From contig JBIOKB010000007.1 in the NCBI GenBank assembly GCA_044451405.1, positions 1-32,007 of the forward strand: a stretch of 32,007 nucleotides of DNA, given 5' to 3'. Made by a program: the position numbers and the translations under genes. Within the stretch, counting starts at the first letter, position 1. Each line of letters opens with the position of its first letter. Below the pieces are notes generated by a model that was not told the DNA's origin, ran no database searches, and worked only from the letters and a program-made list of their open reading frames with translations. This document shows positions 1 to 9,173 of this stretch, piece after piece. The DNA is from Candidatus Babeliales bacterium (lineage in GTDB: Bacteria; Babelota; Babeliae; Babelales; Vermiphilaceae).

Positions 1-90
1 ATGATGCCTACAGCACCAGCAAAAAAACGTGATGCCGCTTATGAAAAAGCTAAAGCAGAACAAGAAGAAACAAAAAGACAACAAAAATAG
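1..90 (+). CDS. Probable upstream part of the 29..1093 protein, in a different frame (possible frameshift at the A5 run 83-87); may extend beyond the window start
   Basis: Frame 1 reads MMPTAPAKKRDAAYEKAKAEQEETKRQQK then TAG at 88-90. Its composition matches the downstream protein, and removing one A from the run joins it to ...NRLNQFVIEARN. Confidence 0.5.
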   Translation: MMPTAPAKKRDAAYEKAKAEQEETKRQQK

Positions 91-1093
91 GCTCAATCAA
101 TTCGTAATCGAAGCAAGAAATGCATATCAGAATGGAAGCTTTGAAGGACTTCAAGCTCTCAATAGCATATATAATGATGCGCGAGCAATTCTCCCACAAT
201 TAAATCTCATTCCCGAAGAATATCGACAAGGAACATTGACATCGATTCGAGGTATGAGAGATGGATTAGAAAAAATATTAAAGGGAGGCAAAGAGGGTAA
301 ACAAGCGCAAGTACAAGTTCTATCTCCAGCAGAAGCACAACAAGAATTAAATGATATTATAAACACACTTAGAGAAGCTTGGTTTAGTAACGATGAAAAA
401 ACCAAACAAGCAGCAGTAAACGACGCCGTTAAGCGTATGATGGAACTTGCAAAACAACCAAATATCACTCAGGAACAAATAAAGAAAGGGCTTAGTGATA
501 TTGAAGAATTTATGAAACCACCACAAATTGAAACGGGTACCACTCCAGCATATGCACCTGCCGGCACATTAACACCTGGAGCAGGAGCAGGACAACCAAT
601 AACTAAACAAGGCGCACAACCCGGATATGCGGCTATATCAGGAACAGAAAAAGCAAAAAAACAATTTGCGGCTTTAGAAGTTGCTTTTTTGACAGCCCTA
701 GAAACTGCTGATGTAAGCCAAATGAAATCAACATACAATCAAATGATAGCGCTATTACCATCTATTGGTTACACAGCTGCTGATCAAGAATCTCTTAAAA
801 CTGATTATCAAAAGTTAATAAATGCCGCTACCATCATTGAGAATAGAAGTAATCAGTTTTTCAAATTATTACAAACTAAAAAACCATCCGAAAATATTGT
901 TAAATTAGAAGCATTTTATGCTGTAACAAGAAATTTTGTTGAAGGTAAAGTAAAAGACATTAGTCCTTCTCTTCAATATATGAAATCTATAGATGACTCA
1001 ATTAATGGATTACTTGAAAACATGAGAAAAACGATTGATGCTCGAAAAGAGGAAGCTCAATTAAAAAGTAAGAGCTCATTCCCATTAGACTAG
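29..1093 (+). CDS. Hypothetical alpha-helical protein with a central G/P/A/T-rich linker; true N-terminus uncertain
   Basis: 354-aa ORF rich in K/E/Q/A helical segments, followed by a perfect inverted repeat. No family recognised. Confidence 0.75.
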   Translation: MMPLMKKLKQNKKKQKDNKNRLNQFVIEARNAYQNGSFEGLQALNSIYNDARAILPQLNLIPEEYRQGTLTSIRGMRDGLEKILKGGKEGKQAQVQVLSPAEAQQELNDIINTLREAWFSNDEKTKQAAVNDAVKRMMELAKQPNITQEQIKKGLSDIEEFMKPPQIETGTTPAYAPAGTLTPGAGAGQPITKQGAQPGYAAISGTEKAKKQFAALEVAFLTALETADVSQMKSTYNQMIALLPSIGYTAADQESLKTDYQKLINAATIIENRSNQFFKLLQTKKPSENIVKLEAFYAVTRNFVEGKVKDISPSLQYMKSIDDSINGLLENMRKTIDARKEEAQLKSKSSFPLD

Positions 1094-1106
1094 TCGCACA
1101 TAATTT

Positions 1107-1144
1107 CAGCAAGCGCCATGAAATACCGCTCATGGCGCTTGCTG
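1107..1144 (+). terminator. Perfect 15-bp stem-loop, possible terminator or RNA-stability hairpin
   Basis: CAGCAAGCGCCATGA (1107-1121) pairs with TCATGGCGCTTGCTG (1130-1144) around an 8-nt loop, 13 nt after the stop. The U-tract is weak. Confidence 0.6.
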
Positions 1145-1239
1145 CTTGCAATCCATTGCTTGACCAACTCAATATAAAATTGGTACATATAAAGCTAAAT
1201 CATGTTTTACCCTTTTTCTAACTCTAAAGGAGAGAAGAA

Positions 1240-2976
1240 ATGAGAAAATTTCTCGCGTGTGGATTACTGCTACTTATGAGCAGTATTTCTACGGCAACAG
1301 TAGTGACATCGGTGTGCGAATCAAGCAGCAGCGGATGCTCACAAAGTATCCCAACTATCGAATGTGGTGCATGCACCTTTAAAGCAACAAGCCAAACATT
1401 CTTCTCTTTCTATCCTGCATACCAAATTGGTCGTCCTGAATTAGAAACAATCTGGCGTGATCGCATGCAATCACGTGAAGATGGCCGTGATGGCACATTC
1501 CAATTTGTACCATTTGGCAGCCGTACCACTAACGCAGCTAACCTCGCTTCCTACTTCATGCCATTTAAACCACAATCAGCATTGGTATTAGATGTTCTTG
1601 AAAAAGAAAACACTGACCCTCAATTTAGAAACAGCTTACTTGCGCGTTATTTCAATATTGAAACAGCACAAAACAACTTCCACAGCCAAATCACTTTCAA
1701 TCCCGTGCATGTTGAAGCCGGTATGGGTATTTCCTACAAACAAGGATTTGCTGAACGCACTGATGGCAGAGCATTTTGGTTCCAAATAAACATGCCTATC
1801 AGCCATGTAAAAAATAGTTTAGGATTTAGTGAAAATGTCATTAATGATGGTGGCGGCGCATTACCAGTACCAGCAGACTGTGCATCTATCACCCAAACAG
1901 CATCTCCTGTAGCATCATCATCTTCTTCTTCAACTGAGATCTGCTTAGGCTCAAGCTCAAGCAGTGAAAGCCTCTGTTTTGATAGCTGCAATCCGCGCAC
2001 ATTGCCGGTAGTAACAACGCCAGTTGCAAACATGACTGAAGCATTCAAACAACCTGGTTGGGATTTTGGCAGAATTGATCATCCATGCGGGTCAAGCAAA
2101 ACAACTATCTCTAACATAGACGTAGTAGTTGGATTTGAAAGCGTTCGCTGTGATCGTTGCAACTTAGAAAACTTCATTGGTGTATCATTACCAACTGGTA
2201 ACCGCGTACACAGCCGTGAACTTTTTGAACCAATCGTTGGGTTTAACAAGAATTTTGGATTTATGTTTGGTAGCCATGCTGATTTAGAAATGTATGTCAG
2301 CAAAAATGGCAAACACAGCTTGTGGCTTGATTATGCAATCAACGGTATCTACTTTGCGCCAAACACCCAAACACGTTTAATGGATTTAAAATATAAGCCA
2401 TGGTCACGCTACATGAGAATGTATGCAAACTTAGCACAAGCAGAAGAAGCTGCAAGCACCTTATGTGACACTGTGCATACACCAGGCGTAGACATCTTGG
2501 CACAGCGCGTAAAAGTACACCCTGGGTTCATTCGTTTATATAACTCAGGTGTAGTGTATAACTGTGGTGGTTTTGAAGGGGAAGTTGGATACAGCTTCTT
2601 AGCACGTTCAGCTGAATGCATTTCATTAAAATGTGAATGGCAACAAGGACCTGCATTAGTCGCAAATAACTTAGATATAACAGGAGTACCAGGATCAACT
2701 GACCGCGTACAAATGATTAATGATGACTTTGGTGGTGCTAATGCGGTGACCGTTGCTTCTTATAGTCAAAACTTGATTCAAGCGTCAGATCTTGACCTTG
2801 ATTCAGCAGCACACCCAAGCATGGCAACTCATACCGTGTATCTATCATCTGGCTATTGTTGGAATCATGTTGAATTCCCACCATTTGTTGGTATTGGCGG
2901 CTCCTATGAGTTCTCCCGTGACAACACAGGACCAGATCGTTGGACTATCTGGGGCAAATTCGGACTTTCATTCTAG
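1240..2976 (+). CDS. Exported Cys-rich protein, putative outer-membrane beta-barrel
   Basis: AAGGAG RBS, Sec signal peptide (MRKFLACGLLLLMSSISTA), amphipathic aromatic beta-strand-like segments, C-terminal WGKFGLSF ending in Phe (beta-signal-like), about 17 Cys. Confidence 0.7.
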   Translation: MRKFLACGLLLLMSSISTATVVTSVCESSSSGCSQSIPTIECGACTFKATSQTFFSFYPAYQIGRPELETIWRDRMQSREDGRDGTFQFVPFGSRTTNAANLASYFMPFKPQSALVLDVLEKENTDPQFRNSLLARYFNIETAQNNFHSQITFNPVHVEAGMGISYKQGFAERTDGRAFWFQINMPISHVKNSLGFSENVINDGGGALPVPADCASITQTASPVASSSSSSTEICLGSSSSSESLCFDSCNPRTLPVVTTPVANMTEAFKQPGWDFGRIDHPCGSSKTTISNIDVVVGFESVRCDRCNLENFIGVSLPTGNRVHSRELFEPIVGFNKNFGFMFGSHADLEMYVSKNGKHSLWLDYAINGIYFAPNTQTRLMDLKYKPWSRYMRMYANLAQAEEAASTLCDTVHTPGVDILAQRVKVHPGFIRLYNSGVVYNCGGFEGEVGYSFLARSAECISLKCEWQQGPALVANNLDITGVPGSTDRVQMINDDFGGANAVTVASYSQNLIQASDLDLDSAAHPSMATHTVYLSSGYCWNHVEFPPFVGIGGSYEFSRDNTGPDRWTIWGKFGLSF

Positions 2977-3002
2977 AACTTTGCATCATAGATTTGTGTA
3001 AT

Positions 3003-3038
3003 AAAAAACCCGCACCTAAAAAGTGCGGGTTTTGTTTT
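3003..3038. terminator. Bidirectional intrinsic terminator
   Basis: AAAACCCGCAC (3005-3015) / GTGCGGGTTTT (3023-3033), flanked by A and T tracts, between convergent genes. Confidence 0.85.
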
Positions 3039-3057
3039 GGATATATTTTCTCAGAGC

Positions 3058-4932
3058 TTATTTATTTGTAGTTTCACGCTCTCGTCTGATAGCGTCCATA
3101 ACATTATTATAAGCATTAATAAATTCACCGTATGAAGCAGCATCCTGCACATTAACCTTACCATAACTCTCAATAAATTCTCGCGCTGGTTTTTCTAATG
3201 ATGCCGGAACATCCTGCAACAATGGCAATACTTGTTCCACTAAGCTATCGGCACGGCGTAGATTATCAAAACGGTCACTGTACATCTTATTTTTATCTTT
3301 AATTACTTTATCTTCTAAATCATCAAACGCACTTCTTTTTTGCACACGCTCTGGCGGTAAATTATTTGCATTACCAAGATCTACCACAGGCTGAGGCCTT
3401 GGATGTACGCGTGGCATTGGTATTGGACGTACACTACCACTATCAGAATCTGATTCTTCTTCCTCATCATCACCAAGATTAATATAAGGAATTAATCCTA
3501 ATGCAGCGGTTCCTGCCACCGGTCCGCCTATTCCTGGTCGCACAGGTGCTCGATGACGTAGTCCACGGCTGCCACCATTATTATTTTTATTACCATCGTT
3601 ACCGCGGCGTGCATCTTCTACAAGTGTGCTACGTTCTAATTTTGGATTTGTGGTCGCACCTCTGCGAAACTCATGACTCGCATCTGGTGCTACATTTTTC
3701 ACGGTCCCACGATGACGCGATTCGTTTAATCTGTTTGTTGCATCTGCATTACCTTTTTCTGCTGAAAAAGTTGTTGTGTCAGGCTTAACTACACGTTCTG
3801 CTGTGGTACCTGCTTGTGGAGCTGCTCTTCTTATACGATTTTGTGATTCTGTATTCACAGCCGCACCAACAAATATCGCCGCTGTTCCAGCCGCTGTTGT
3901 TGCTGCGGTAGCTGTTTCTGCATTACTTGATACTGCTCCTGCCATTTGTTCTGGTTGAGGAGTTGCGCCATACTCAACTGCTGCACGAACTTCAGGTTGT
4001 TCTGTTTGCTTGTTTGTAATTGGCGCTGCATTTGTTTCTGTAGATTTTAATGCCGTACCCTCAGATACTTGTTTAGCTGTACCCGATTCAAAAATAACTG
4101 ATTGTTGAGTTTCTGCTTCTTTTGTTTGTTCTGGAGTAATTGTTTCTTCAGACATCGCAGAAATTGCTCTGCCCAATTCTCCTTTAGATACTTGTGTACC
4201 ACCCATAACAGGCGCGTATTCACGAACAGCCTCGGCTCTATTTACTAATTGATGTGTATCAGCTGGCGTTGGTGATAGTACGTGTCCTGTTTGTTGGGTT
4301 TGTGGTATCTGTGCTTCTCCTGTTTTAATATCAGGAGTTTTTTCTGGAGTTTTTATGGTTCCATCTTCTAAAATTTCTACTATTTCTTCTTCACCGTATT
4401 TTGGTGCAGGCTTTGCTGGCAATATAACTTTAGGCTTAAACGAAGAAGCAGTTTGAGTAGGTATTTGTTCTTCAGCTGCTGGTTCTTCAATAACTTCTTT
4501 CTCGCTTTCAGGTTTTGCTTGTTGTTTAACGGGTATTTGCGGCGCTCCAAAGGCTGCACCCGGTAGCAATGCCGTAGCTGGAAGTTGTGGCAATTCTCGC
4601 GGTACTTCAGGTACTGGCTCTAAAATAGGCGGTTCAGGAAACGCTGGTTTTACACCAAGAGTTCCCATGGGATACGTTTCTTCCGAACTTCCATTATACC
4701 TAGGATACGCTGACGGTGTATGCGCTTGAGGAGCACGTAAACTTGGTTGTGTGGCTAAACGAGGTACTTTTGATACTGCAGGCACTGCCGTTCTACCAAG
4801 TTGTACCCCTGGCCGAGCCAATGCTCGTACCGCTCTTGTACCCATACCAAACATAGGTACCATTGAAAGGATCATAGAAACCAATACTAAAATTCCGATA
4901 ACTATTTTAAGGGTTCTTATAGAGATAGACAT
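3058..4932 (-). CDS. Exported low-complexity (P/E/T/A-rich), largely disordered protein with a small helical C-terminal domain
   Basis: 624-aa ORF, GGAGG RBS, hydrophobic N-terminus ending VPMFGM, acidic DDEEEESDSDS patch, own promoter and terminator. Confidence 0.8.
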   Translation of the reverse strand: MSISIRTLKIVIGILVLVSMILSMVPMFGMGTRAVRALARPGVQLGRTAVPAVSKVPRLATQPSLRAPQAHTPSAYPRYNGSSEETYPMGTLGVKPAFPEPPILEPVPEVPRELPQLPATALLPGAAFGAPQIPVKQQAKPESEKEVIEEPAAEEQIPTQTASSFKPKVILPAKPAPKYGEEEIVEILEDGTIKTPEKTPDIKTGEAQIPQTQQTGHVLSPTPADTHQLVNRAEAVREYAPVMGGTQVSKGELGRAISAMSEETITPEQTKEAETQQSVIFESGTAKQVSEGTALKSTETNAAPITNKQTEQPEVRAAVEYGATPQPEQMAGAVSSNAETATAATTAAGTAAIFVGAAVNTESQNRIRRAAPQAGTTAERVVKPDTTTFSAEKGNADATNRLNESRHRGTVKNVAPDASHEFRRGATTNPKLERSTLVEDARRGNDGNKNNNGGSRGLRHRAPVRPGIGGPVAGTAALGLIPYINLGDDEEEESDSDSGSVRPIPMPRVHPRPQPVVDLGNANNLPPERVQKRSAFDDLEDKVIKDKNKMYSDRFDNLRRADSLVEQVLPLLQDVPASLEKPAREFIESYGKVNVQDAASYGEFINAYNNVMDAIRRERETTNK

Positions 4933-4992
4933 ATTATACCTCCGATTTAAAAGGGTGCGTTACGCACACCTGAAAATAATCCATTTATCCTC

Positions 4993-5020
4993 AGTATAGA
5001 GGAATCTACAGGGATGTCAA
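4993..5020 (-). promoter_or_regulatory. Sigma70-type promoter for 3058..4932
   Basis: On the minus strand, TTGACA (5015-5020), 16-nt spacer, TATACT (4993-4998). Confidence 0.65.
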
Positions 5021-5045
5021 TTGGGTTATTTCAAATAGAATACTA

Positions 5046-5075
5046 TTGATATCTAACCTTAAGATACCCTATAAT
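5046..5075 (+). promoter_or_regulatory. Sigma70-type promoter for 5117..5491
   Basis: TTGATA (5046-5051), 18-nt spacer, TATAAT (5070-5075). The -10 is overlapped by the palindrome TACCCT-N6-AGGGTA. Confidence 0.6.
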
Positions 5076-5116
5076 AAGGGTAGAAAGCAAATTTGAGGCA
5101 ATTTGGGGGATTTTCG

Positions 5117-5491
5117 ATGATTTTAACGTTTCTAGGTTTTTTATACGCCCTGGGGCTGGTATACGTCCAGTACCCGGAGATCGTGGCTTATAGCTTGAAC
5201 CTGGTACGCCTAGGCCTTAATCTAAAGCCGGTATATCTTACTCTTTTAAGCTTGCTGCTCCCATACAACCTTCAAGCTGCTGGCCCAAAGGCCCCGCCTC
5301 CCGTGTTAATAAACGTAGTGCCAACCCCAATGGGATTTGAAAGCGCGTACATCTATTTCACTGGAAAATATATGGTCAGAATTGATAAAAAGGCAAACAC
5401 AGTTACTGTGTATGATGTATCAGATCCTCAACATCCCGAGTTAATTTCTACAAATGAATATGAAGCAAAAATAGAAGCTGGCGCTGAGTAA
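5117..5491 (+). CDS. Small membrane or exported protein with one LVIVD-like beta-repeat
   Basis: GGGGGA RBS before ATG 5117 (ORF track starts at 5093), two hydrophobic N-terminal segments, and C-terminal VTVYDVSDPQHPELIS resembling the LVIVD repeat. Confidence 0.6.
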   Translation: MILTFLGFLYALGLVYVQYPEIVAYSLNLVRLGLNLKPVYLTLLSLLLPYNLQAAGPKAPPPVLINVVPTPMGFESAYIYFTGKYMVRIDKKANTVTVYDVSDPQHPELISTNEYEAKIEAGAE

Positions 5492-5493
5492 AA

Positions 5494-8043
5494 CTATTTA
5501 CCACAGCATTTCTTGTACTTCTGCCCAGATCCACATGGACACGGATCATTGCGCCCAATTTTATCAGAACGTCGCTCTTGCGGTGCTCCTTGCCCAGTAC
5601 CGCCAACCTCAGTAGTTTGACTGCTGGAAAGCATGTTAAGCTCATTAAGCTCTTGTTCCCGCTTGTATTCAAGCGCGTGGGTATCAAACCGTTCAAGATT
5701 GAGATGGAATAAGTGATGCACCACATCAGAGCGCACTTGACGCATGGTATCTTCAAACATACCAAATGCTTCTTTTTTATACTCAATAAGCGGATTTTTA
5801 CTTCCCCACTGACGCAAGCCGATGCCTTCTTTTAAATGATCAAGGTTGAGCATATGCTGCTTCCATGCCTGATCAATAGTTTCAAGCATGAGCCATTTCT
5901 CTGCATCGTGGATTATCTCTTCTTTTTGTTGCCCACGATAGAGCATGTATTTTTCTAATAAGAAGTTCATAAGATCGCGCTCGAGCGCTTCACTCGTAGC
6001 TGTACTTATTTTTATTGTTTGAAAATCTCGTGCTGTTAATCCCGTTAAGCTAGCTGCCGCTTCAAAAACACTCTGCGCTTGTTCAGCAGTTACTGTGCGG
6101 TTTGGCGCGTAATACGCAACAACATCTTGTACCGTTTCAGAGATCATGTCACGAATAAGGCCAACAATCTGCTCTTGCCCCTCAAGAATTTCACGGCGAT
6201 AACGATACACTACAATGCGCTGCTGATTGAGCACATCATCATATTCAAGAAGATTTTTACGAATTTCAAAATTATGTTTTTCAACTTTTTCTTGCGAGCG
6301 CTCGATAGTTTTTGAAACAACTGATGATTCAATAACCTCATCTTCTTTCATACCAAAAAGCTGCATACGTTTTTTTAACGTATCACCCGCAAATATGCGA
6401 ATTAGATCATCTTCTAAGGAAATATAAAAGCGTGATTCACCAGGATCACCTTGTCGCCCTGATCGACCACGCAACTGATTATCAATACGTCTGCTTTCAT
6501 GACGCTCGGTACCTAAAATATACAAACCGCCAGCATCTTTTGATTCTTGTGTCAATTTAATATCAGTACCGCGCCCTGCCATATTTGTTGCAATAGTTAC
6601 CCGCTTTACTTCACCCGCATGGGCAACAATTTCTGCTTCGCGCTGGTGCTGCTTTGCATTCAACACTTCATGAGGAATACCATTGGCGGTTAATATCGTG
6701 CTCAACAATTCAGATGTTTCAATAGCAATGGTACCAATAAGCACAGGCTGCCCATTATCAAAGCGTTCTTTAACATCGTTGACAATCGCTTGATATTTTG
6801 CATTTTTAGTAAGGAAAATAAAATCTGCTTTATCCTGACGAATCATTGAACGATTGGTTGGCACTTCAATAACATTGAGTTTGTAAATCTTGTAAAACTC
6901 TTCTGCTTCAGTCATTGCAGTACCGGTCATACCAGCAAGTTTTTTGTAAATTCTGAAATAATTTTGCAAGGTAATGGATGCTAACGTTTGGCTCTCGCGT
7001 TCAATATCAACATCTTCTTTTGCTTCTAATGCTTGATGTAATCCATCACTGTAACGACGGCCAGGCAATATACGTCCGGTAAATTCATCAACAATCAACA
7101 CTTGTCCGTCTTTAACTACATAATCAACATCACGTCTAAAGAGCGCATGGGCACGCAATGCTTGTGTGCAATGATGCAATAAAGTGAGATGTTCAATGTC
7201 ATATAAATTGGTGATGTTAAATGCCACTTCAATCTTATCATTCCCACTTTCAGTAAGCTGTACAGAACGGGCTTTTTCATCAACTTCGTAATCTTCATCT
7301 TTTTTAAGACGGCTTACAACTTTATCTGCATCTACATACATGCGGCTACTTTTATCTGCCGCACCTGAAATAATAAGTGGCGTACGCGCTTCATCGATCA
7401 AGATTGAGTCTACTTCATCAACAATGGCATAATTTGCTTCGCGCTGCACATAATCTTCAAGTCTGAATTTCATGTTATCGCGCAAATAATCAAAACCAAG
7501 TTCATTATTGGTAGCGTAGATGATATCAGCTGCGTAGACTGTTTTACGTTCTTCATCATTCATGCTGTTTTGTAAGCATGCAACCGTCAACCCAAGCGAG
7601 GTATAAATTGGTGACATCCATTCAGCATCGCGGCGCGCTAAATAATCGTTCACGGTAACTAAGTGAGCGCCTTTGCCTTCAAGCGCATTAAGATACAACG
7701 CCAATGTTGCGGTTAATGTTTTACCTTCACCCGTTCTCATTTCAGAAATTTTACCCTGATGAAGTGCAATGCCGCCCATTAACTGCACATCAAAATGGCG
7801 CTGCCCTAACTCGCGCTTGCCTGCTTCACGCACCACCGCAAATGCTTCAGGTAGAAGATCGTCAAGCGTTTCACCTTTGCTTAATCGTTCACGAAATTCA
7901 ATTGTTTTTGCTTTTAACTGCTCAGGAGAAAGAGCAGCAATAGATGGTTCAAATGCATTGATTTGATCAACAATTGGTTGTAATTTTTTTAATTGGCGGG
8001 CATTATCCGTGCCAAAAATTTTTGCCAAAATACCTGCTATCAT
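5494..8043 (-). CDS. secA: Preprotein translocase ATPase SecA
   Basis: MRTGEGKT, VDEVDSILIDEARTPLIISG, ATNMAGRGTDI, ERHESRRIDNQLRGRSGRQGDPG and C-terminal SEC-C motif GRNDPCPCGSGQKYKKCCG. Confidence 0.99.
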   Translation of the reverse strand: MIAGILAKIFGTDNARQLKKLQPIVDQINAFEPSIAALSPEQLKAKTIEFRERLSKGETLDDLLPEAFAVVREAGKRELGQRHFDVQLMGGIALHQGKISEMRTGEGKTLTATLALYLNALEGKGAHLVTVNDYLARRDAEWMSPIYTSLGLTVACLQNSMNDEERKTVYAADIIYATNNELGFDYLRDNMKFRLEDYVQREANYAIVDEVDSILIDEARTPLIISGAADKSSRMYVDADKVVSRLKKDEDYEVDEKARSVQLTESGNDKIEVAFNITNLYDIEHLTLLHHCTQALRAHALFRRDVDYVVKDGQVLIVDEFTGRILPGRRYSDGLHQALEAKEDVDIERESQTLASITLQNYFRIYKKLAGMTGTAMTEAEEFYKIYKLNVIEVPTNRSMIRQDKADFIFLTKNAKYQAIVNDVKERFDNGQPVLIGTIAIETSELLSTILTANGIPHEVLNAKQHQREAEIVAHAGEVKRVTIATNMAGRGTDIKLTQESKDAGGLYILGTERHESRRIDNQLRGRSGRQGDPGESRFYISLEDDLIRIFAGDTLKKRMQLFGMKEDEVIESSVVSKTIERSQEKVEKHNFEIRKNLLEYDDVLNQQRIVVYRYRREILEGQEQIVGLIRDMISETVQDVVAYYAPNRTVTAEQAQSVFEAAASLTGLTARDFQTIKISTATSEALERDLMNFLLEKYMLYRGQQKEEIIHDAEKWLMLETIDQAWKQHMLNLDHLKEGIGLRQWGSKNPLIEYKKEAFGMFEDTMRQVRSDVVHHLFHLNLERFDTHALEYKREQELNELNMLSSSQTTEVGGTGQGAPQERRSDKIGRNDPCPCGSGQKYKKCCGK

Positions 8044-8211
8044 GAAATCTCCAGGGGGATAAATATCTACGATACGTAGAATTCCAGTGTAAGGGCATGC
8101 AATTAATAAAGTAAATAGAACTTGATGCCGCTATAATTTTTACAAAAAACATTAGTTAAACGTACCATAAAAGCCCCTTCTCAACAATAGGTTATATGTG
8201 TGGGAACACAT

Positions 8212-8955
8212 TTATTTGAGCCATGCAACGGTCATTTGACGTCCTGCATGAGCACCCTGGCGTCTATGGGAGAAGAAATTGTCATTACAGATGGTACACA
8301 CGTTATAACTGAGGCTAATAGCATCAGATTTAATACCATCTTTTTCTAATAATAGTGTATTAAATAAGGGAAGATCAAAATGATAATCTGATCCTATCTT
8401 TTGCATGGTTCTATCAGCCCAGGGAAACGTTGCAATATGATCACGAAATTCTTCAGTTACCGTATAACAGCAAGTTTTTGCACAGGGACCAAATAAGATG
8501 CATAGATGGGCTGGGTTCGTACCAAAAGCCTGCTCCATATGAGCAACTGCTTTTACAGCAATTTCTTGAACTGATCCTCGCCACCCTGCATGCACCAAAG
8601 CAAGTACATGATGCACTTTATCGTACATAACAATTGGCAAACAATCAGCGGTTAACACCCCGAGAGCTATTTCTTTATTCGTAATTAAATAATCACCGTC
8701 AAACAAAAAATTACAAAAGGGAGACTGAGAAAAGGGTGTTTTATCTTGCTCATCTGTTATAAGTATCCCCTGATCACTATGTGTTTGATGTAAAAATGTA
8801 AGACCATCAAGGCGCATTACTTTTTTAAGCTGCGTACAGGATTCATGATCCAAAAGGTTATTTTTCGCTGCAAAAGCACGAAACTGATCGGGGTACACAC
8901 TATCCTGTGCATCGCCAAAATAGACGGAGAATAGCGGATGGGTATGCAGTAACAT
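8212..8955 (-). CDS. pgeF: Peptidoglycan editing factor PgeF / YfiH-family purine nucleoside phosphorylase
   Basis: HQTHS, TADCLPI, HAGWRG, CT..NFFSHRR...GRQ motifs; lies downstream of ftsZ, as in many bacteria. Confidence 0.95.
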   Translation of the reverse strand: MLLHTHPLFSVYFGDAQDSVYPDQFRAFAAKNNLLDHESCTQLKKVMRLDGLTFLHQTHSDQGILITDEQDKTPFSQSPFCNFLFDGDYLITNKEIALGVLTADCLPIVMYDKVHHVLALVHAGWRGSVQEIAVKAVAHMEQAFGTNPAHLCILFGPCAKTCCYTVTEEFRDHIATFPWADRTMQKIGSDYHFDLPLFNTLLLEKDGIKSDAISLSYNVCTICNDNFFSHRRQGAHAGRQMTVAWLK

Positions 8956-8989
8956 GGATCTTCAACTTCCCGTGGGTTAATAAGCGTTG

Positions 8990-9019
8990 TAGCATACCAC
9001 GGGAACACTGCACAGTAAA
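8990..9019 (-). promoter_or_regulatory. Extended -10 promoter for pgeF
   Basis: On the minus strand, TTTACT, 17-nt spacer, TATGCT preceded by TGn (GTGGTATGCTA at 8990-9000). Confidence 0.55.
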
Positions 9020-9100
9020 ATGGGTTGCGTTGTTATTTGGTCGCGGGCGCTGGTTCAGGGTTGGCCTGCTCAAGAATTGCCATCATACCTTCTACGCGTG

Positions 9101-9147
9101 AAAATGCCCCTAGGATAGTGCGTTCTGCACACTATTTAGGGGCATTT
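9101..9147 (-). terminator. Long hairpin, probable ftsZ terminator
   Basis: AAATGCCCCTA...TAGGGGCATTT outer stem with an inner ATAGTG/CACTAT stem, about 26 nt after the ftsZ stop, ending in TTTT on the minus strand. Confidence 0.7.
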
Positions 9148-9173
9148 ATAAGCTAAAAAATCGATGTGGTAGC

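Noticed and set aside
5100-5265. Possible 6S RNA (CTTGAACC-like word near 5194 downstream of a strong promoter)
   Set aside because: I could not build the long closing stem, and the region reads as an ORF with RBS and hydrophobic helices. An Rfam search would settle it.
9033-9086. Minus-strand micro-ORF MMAILEQANPEPAPATK between ftsZ and pgeF
   Set aside because: Only 17 aa, with poor RBS spacing and located just after a terminator; no independent support.
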